A stretch of 53,726 bases of DNA, the filler included, from Sphacelaria rigidula (Eukaryota): NCBI GenBank assembly GCA_964200075.2. It is 3 parts of 3 records of this genome, joined end to end, with 100 filler letters (N's around TTAATTAATTAA, not from the genome) between each part and the next. Parts side by side here need not be neighbours in the genome. Positions count along the whole stretch, not along the records: positions 35,894 to 53,726 come from CAXNAA020000984.1; 2 more parts are not named here. The stretch is one strand, 5' to 3'. Every line of letters begins with the position of its first letter. Position 1 is the stretch's first letter. The position numbers were made by a program, and so were the translations under genes. Shown here in pieces: positions 48,043 through 53,726 of the stretch. The notes beneath the pieces are model-generated. The model was given only the letters and a program-made list of their open reading frames with translations. It made no database searches and was not told where the DNA came from.

Positions 48043-49990
48043 ATGATCTCGTCGTGTGGAATATTGAGCTCACCTCTTGTGGGCTCATGTCATGAGGTCA
48101 GAAGACCCGTTTGAACAGATTTGGCAAACATTCGCGATAGTAGGAGAGTCCACCCAACAGTGAGCGAAGCTGAGAAATGTTGGTAGGCATCGCCATTTTA
48201 GTCATCGCCCTCGCTTTGTTGATGTCCGGGTGTAGGCCCGCTGGGGAAGATTAGTGTCCCAGAAAATCCAATTCAGCCGTGCCGAGGCGAGCTTTGGATG
48301 AGGATAGTTTCAAATCGTGCGTCCGTAGGTGAGAGAGAAAAAATGCGTCAGGTGCGCACATGCGCAATAATAGGTGGGGCATCGAAGGCAGTAGCATCGT
48401 CCAAGTACGTGATGACGTGCTCCAGGCTGTCTGTGACGCGTTGCATTGAGCGTTGGAGACAACCTCGAGCAATGCTACGGTTGGGGTGCACTTTGTTCGC
48501 GAAATCTTGTCTGGTTCAGGGGCTCCTAACGATTCTAGATGCACAAGAATATGGGTCGCAGGGCATCCCCGTTTGCGAATCCATTCGGGACAACCCTACC
48601 AGATTGAAAGAGAAATCCTGGCGTACTCTCACATATTTCGTGAGTCGTGTTTTGGATGAGATAAAGGACTCCTAACAGTTCTAACCTCAACAAATGCTCG
48701 TGCACCCCTACCGTAGCATCACTCCCTGGTGCAGTGGCGGCGCCTTGTGGTATGAGGAGCCGTTCGCAGGACCCGGAGGATGTACAAAACGCTGTCAATA
48801 TAATTGGATCAGGGTGGATGGCACTCTGGAAAAATCTAGACGCGAGATCGAAGGTATATATTGTAATATTGTCCCTTCGCCTACAGGGAGTTGGCGGCGT
48901 CGGCGCATCATGGATCACTACGATCAGTCATAAATGAACCAGGGTTTCTGGCGTTCGAGTTCGAGTCAGAGTGAATCAGTCCCGTCCGCTGGTGTCCATC
49001 AGCGGAATTCTGGTTGTGACGAGAAGGACCATCCCTCCGGTGGAAACCAGAGTAGTTGTCGTTTTTGTTGGGGCGGCGGTCGCGATTTGAGTAAATATTG
49101 TCGCGGTTATTGAAAGAGTGGCGAGAATTACGATGAGGTGTACGGTACCTACGCAGGCGTTTTTGCCATCGGCGCCATGCTGGTTCATTGCCCTGCAGCT
49201 AGTTGAGGGTTGACGAGAGCGAGAGCGTTGATATAGGCACTGGTGCAGTCACGCATCCTGTGACCTTGGATGTTATAGAGTTGATGCAACTATTCGTGTG
49301 GCGATCCACTGTTGTAGCCCATATGCCGCCACGCCTGCCAAGTGTGTATCCTTGTTGGATATAGCGACAGCCCGGGTTGGCCAGATATGCGTTTGCCGCG
49401 CATGTGATTGACCTCTGGGCGATTGAGTCTGGTATCACCCATGTAGATGTTGTGCCCCCTGCTCCGCTTGCCCGGTTTGCGCTGATGGAGCGTCGAATCA
49501 TTTTGTTGTTCTTCCGTTTGTGTTCGCTAGCCCGCGGTAGCATGGTGTGCTTGCTGCATATTCGAGCGCAATTGCGCTTTTTGTGGCAGATTCTGCTTGC
49601 CCTTGTCGTTTCAGGTGTGGGAGGATCGGGCAAAGGCGTGGACATCGCCTTCTTGATCTTGGGTGTACTCTTCTTCCAGCCACTATATGGTCGGGTGTTT
49701 TCCCCAGCACTCTATTTTCCCAGTTAGCCTTTCTTGCCGCTCACGACTTCACATGGAGGAGGGCCTCAATTTTTGTTGCTCTTTGAGACTATTCATCGTA
49801 AATGTCATAGAGGCTCGTCTGGGTGGACTAATGTCATAAACTTAGAAGGCGTCTATGGCCAAATCCGTCACGGTCAAGGTGCAGGTCTGACCAGGCTTGA
49901 TCAGACCGGGTGTGATTTTCATAAAAGGGAAAAGACAGCGATCGTGTGGTTACCCCCATCTGGGCCCCAGTTGCGACTCTTGGCCTCGGA
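48043..49990 (-). mobile_element. Degenerate Ty3/Gypsy LTR retrotransposon (gag and RT relic)
   Basis: RT motifs on the minus strand: FDLASRFFQSAIHPD..LTAFCTSSG..E.L.IPQGA; YLDD at 48396-48407; LKLSSSKARLGTAELDFLGH; MPTNISQLRSLLGGLSYYR. A degenerate zinc knuckle (SRICHKKRNCARIC) lies near 49560-49600. Stops and frameshifts throughout; LTRs not identified. Confidence 0.82.
48467..48724 (-). mobile_element. Sola2-like MITE copy B, inserted in the Gypsy RT
   Basis: TIRs GAGCAATGCTACGGTTGGGGTGCAC / GTGCACCCCTACCGTAGCATCACTC; imperfect TSD CCTC/CCTG. It interrupts the RT between PQGAATAPG and MQRVTDSLEHVITYLDD. Confidence 0.8.
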
Positions 49991-50235
49991 ACGCTGACAA
50001 AAGCTATTTATAGCCGGTGAGACACGTAGTAAACGATGATTGAGCAGAACAATGAAGAATACGAGTGAAAGAGAATTTTATCGATGAAGTGGAGATCAAC
50101 CCATCTATTGCGTAATACTGAGAGCTTGGGGTGTTGATTCGCTGTAGATACTGCTGCGAATACGCATTTTTGGGCAGATTGCTTCTGTCTCATTTATCCC
50201 GCCAGGCGTGTTTGCTTACACGCTTGCAGCCTCTT

Positions 50236-50236
<1 letters not shown>

Positions 50237-50289
<53 letters not shown>
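50237..50289. repeat. (AC)n microsatellite
   Basis: Direct reading of the sequence. Confidence 0.95.
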
Positions 50290-50290
<1 letters not shown>

Positions 50291-50693
50291 CGCCGATTTT
50301 GGCGATTCTGGCGATTTAGCGCTAAGTTTTTGCACGAGAGGATTCCAGAGCGTACTTTTCTGACCTCTCGTACGCCCAGCTTTGAAATGGACCGGAACTC
50401 GTAATAATAGCAATTTCTCTTATTATCATGGGAACGGCGGAGTGAGTCCGACAATCACTCATCTTTACAGGACTCGCCCGATGAATGAACAACTATTATG
50501 ATGCGGGATATCTTTGTTATGACCACACGATGAATTAGAGGCCAAAAAGCTTTTATTAGGTGGTGGTGGTGGCAAAAGTTGTTCCTAATCATATGTCCGC
50601 TGTGCCCACACACCCATGCGATCTCCCCTATGGGGACCACGATCAGTTCAAATATATCTGTTCAGGAAACGAACGGTGTACCTACCCATTGAA

Positions 50694-50956
50694 GAGTGAT
50701 GCTACGGTAGGGGTGCACAAATATTTTTCCGAGGCTTGAATTATTAGGAGCCTTGTATCTCATCCCAAACACCACTTACGAAATATGTGAGGGTACACAC
50801 CAGGATTACCATTTCAGTGTGCTCGAGATATCCCGAATGAATTTGCAAACGGGGATGCTCTGACCCATATTCTCGTGCAATCTAGAGTCGCCAGGAGCCC
50901 CCGAACCAGACAAGATTTCGCGCAAATAGTGCACACCCCTACCGTAGCATTTGCTC
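50694..50956 (+). mobile_element. Sola2-like MITE copy C
   Basis: TIRs GAGTGATGCTACGGTAGGGGTG / CACCCCTACCGTAGCATTTGCTC; 4-bp TSD TGAA (50690-50693, 50957-50960). Confidence 0.82.
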
Positions 50957-52340
50957 TGAACCAGTGAGCGCTCAATGGTTCAGTGGGTGAACAACGTGAG
51001 CACATGTGCACACAGTCATCATTGATTCACCTCCCGACTATCTCACCCTTGGATCGCGAGGAGGGTAGTCCGTCTATATGTATACTTTTTTCGAATGAAA
51101 TTGATGGCGATTCAATACACAACCTACTACTCTCGCTGCAACCCCCGCCCCCCCAACCTCGTGCTCCGTCTCGAAAGGGATGCGTGGTCAATGATCAAAC
51201 GACTAAGGCAAGCAACAAACGAACACCCCCCCCCCCCCCCCCCCCCAACCGCGCACCCGCCCCACTCATTTCTTCCNNNNNNNNNNCCGCCCCCCCACCC
51301 TCTTCCCCCGTCTCAAAAAGGATCCTTGGTCAAACATCAAACGACTAAATCAAACAACAAATGAGTACCCCCCCCCCCCCCCAACCTCATGGCCAATTCC
51401 ACCAAGTGTATACAGTATGCTCCACTTCGCCCAGTTAATCCGAGCCATTCAGTTCCGACCCGCAAACCGCAGGTAGATGATGAAGATCCCGCTGCGCCAG
51501 ACTCTCCGATGCTTCATTTCCTGTCCTTCTGGTTCATGCGTATTTTTGGCAATTTCTACAGAAGACCAATTGGGCGGCTATTACTGTCATCTTGGGTAAA
51601 TGAATGAAAGTGCACGCACTACTTCCGTTCGCGGCAAAACAAACCGTCAAAAGTGGCAGGATTTCCAACAGTAAGTGCGTGCGCTTTTGATCGTCGAAAG
51701 GAATAAAATCTGATTCGAAAGTAAGTCCATCCCACCCACTACGTGCTTACTAACTATAGGGCAACGTCATTTCCTCCGTATACGGGGAACGTCCGTATAT
51801 GCGGAGTACTTCGTAACAACCCCCGTGGTTTTACGATTCATCCCGGTGTTTGTTTCATGGGCCCCGTATGAACACAGCAACACCCGGAATACACGACACA
51901 GTCCCCCATCAATCATGCACGATGACTATATATTGTCAGCGTAATGAATGCCCGTCAATCACATGGAAAGGCACGCTTTCAGCACCTTTCACCAACTCCG
52001 CAGGCGAGGGCACAGCGCTGAACCAAAGCGTCATTTTTCTGTTTATCATTATATTACCCCAAACGTCCGGGTAAAACGATGCTTCCGCTCAGCGCTGTCG
52101 TCTTGCAGTTTCCCTGAAAGGCGCTGAGGCCGTGTCTCACCATTTTGTTTTGCCACGGTATAGTACGAGTATCCAACGGAATTTTTAGTGCGGTGGAATT
52201 GAATTCGTTCGTTGAGCACGGCGTGGATCCGACCGAGCGAGTTTTCACGCCTTCGACCGAAAAAAACGGTGGAATTTGTTCACATGTACAGGTATCCAGC
52301 ACAGACAGTAAGTCCGGTGCTGACTGTGCTGTTCGCACAG

Positions 52341-52389
52341 TGTGTGTGTGTGTGTGTGCGTGTGCGTGCGTGTGTGTGTGTGTGTGTGT
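52341..52389. repeat. (TG)n/(TGCG) microsatellite
   Basis: Direct reading of the sequence. Confidence 0.9.
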
Positions 52390-53726
52390 TTCCGTACAGC
52401 CCAGGATGTGGAGAAGGAGGCGACGTGCAGTACAGACAGGCAGGACATGAGTGTTCGTACTCTCTGCAAACAGTGCGATGTGCAGAAGATTTGAACAACG
52501 CGTACACTTTTGTACTGCCTGTACTCTACATGATGAGTGTGTCCGCGAGTCGGTTGCCCACCCTACTGTATGTACTGTACCACGCGATTCGGTCGCCGAC
52601 TTCTACAAAAAAAAAAAGATGCTCAAGTTTTCGCCGGCAAAAAAGAAACATCATGCCAAGAGGGTGATAGCGTCGGCTCTCAACTACTGCATGCAGTGGG
52701 TGGTCTCTGTGCTCTCAACTCATGATCTTTTGCTGCAGGCTTGCGTTGGTCGCTGAGAAAATTGTATGAGGTCTGCATGGTTCTGTGAACGGGTGGCATC
52801 CGTCCCGCGCGTGGTGGTCCGAAATAAGACACGTTCTTTTTCCCCTCCGTTCTTCATCCCGCTGCGTGTTTCCGGTCGAAAAAGAACGAGGTGGGTATAC
52901 GTCCGGCGAGGGGCCTGTCCGAAATATACTGATGATGCAGACAGATTGTAGTCAGCTGCCCCTCCGTTCTTTTCTGCGGCGTGTTTTCGATCGAAAAAGC
53001 TAAGGTATAGTGTCATATCGAAACCAAAGAAGAGAAGCGAGGAAAAGGAACAAGCATCGAAAAACAGTCGTAGATGGGTCGCCGGGCGGGTGTACTGTTG
53101 CGGTGACTGATCAACATGCTGCTTTTGGACGGTTGTTCCTCTTCCCGCTTTTTTTTGGGGGGTGTCTAGAAGACACGTCAAAGCTTTTCTGTTCTTCACC
53201 CTGCCGGTCGCGGGCGCATAAATACGAGATGAACTTGAAGCCGTCTGAACAGCGTTTATTTCGTGAGATTGAGAGTAGAGGATACTGTGATTGACGGTGA
53301 AAAGTGGTCAATTACTAAATGAACAGTTTCAGTTCCGAAATGCCCCTCCAGGAGGCCCGATATGCTTTCTGCAGTTTCTTGCCACTGAAGCCCTTGATAC
53401 CCCTGAGTAGGATATTCATCTGTAGCTGTAAGCACACGCCAACAGTGTAACATCTAAGAACACTGATGACGGGGACGTATTAGGCACATACATAAGTTTC
53501 TTTTCCGCCGCATGTTTTTCGAGCTTTGTTGTCTTTATTATACTGAGAACTCACGACCTGGAAGAAGAGTTTCTCTGCGATCGAGGGGGCGTTAGACCCA
53601 CTTTTATGGCAAGCACGAATCTTGATTTTTCAAAATCGGGGGGACAAAAAATCGGGGAACGCATTTTGTGGACATGGATTTGGACCAAGTCGGGGACGAA
53701 AAAATCGGGGGGTCACGATCTCGGAA

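Overview
Eukaryotic nuclear DNA, most likely a brown alga (Phaeophyceae, Ectocarpus-like). This is inferred from GC-rich exons in long GT-AG introns and WPASLQQLTFG-type FNIP repeats. The window is three contigs joined by artificial 100-bp N/TTAATTAATTAA spacers (17850-17949, 35794-35893). I could splice four genes by hand: (1) a 5-exon, ~1621-aa BRCA1/BARD1-like gene (minus) with RING, two Tudor/SH3-like modules and tandem BRCT; (2) a 4-exon, 379-aa SKA1 kinetochore gene (plus), head-to-head with it across 427 bp; (3) the last five exons of a TatD DNase (minus), with 5' exons not found; (4) the DNA-binding-domain exons of an HSF-type transcription factor (minus). There is also a decayed FNIP-repeat gene with about 29 x 66-bp units. 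The flanks (1-14 kb, 42-53.7 kb) are mostly transposon debris: Ty3/Gypsy relics, a LINE RT fragment, a probable hAT relic, a ~470-bp foldback element, a Sola2-like MITE family with 4-bp TSDs (one copy carrying a nested MITE), and repeats ending in telomere-like tracts. The most interesting observation is the RING + 2xTudor-like + BRCT architecture, which looks like a BRCA1/53BP1 hybrid. All calls are by eye; no database search was run.
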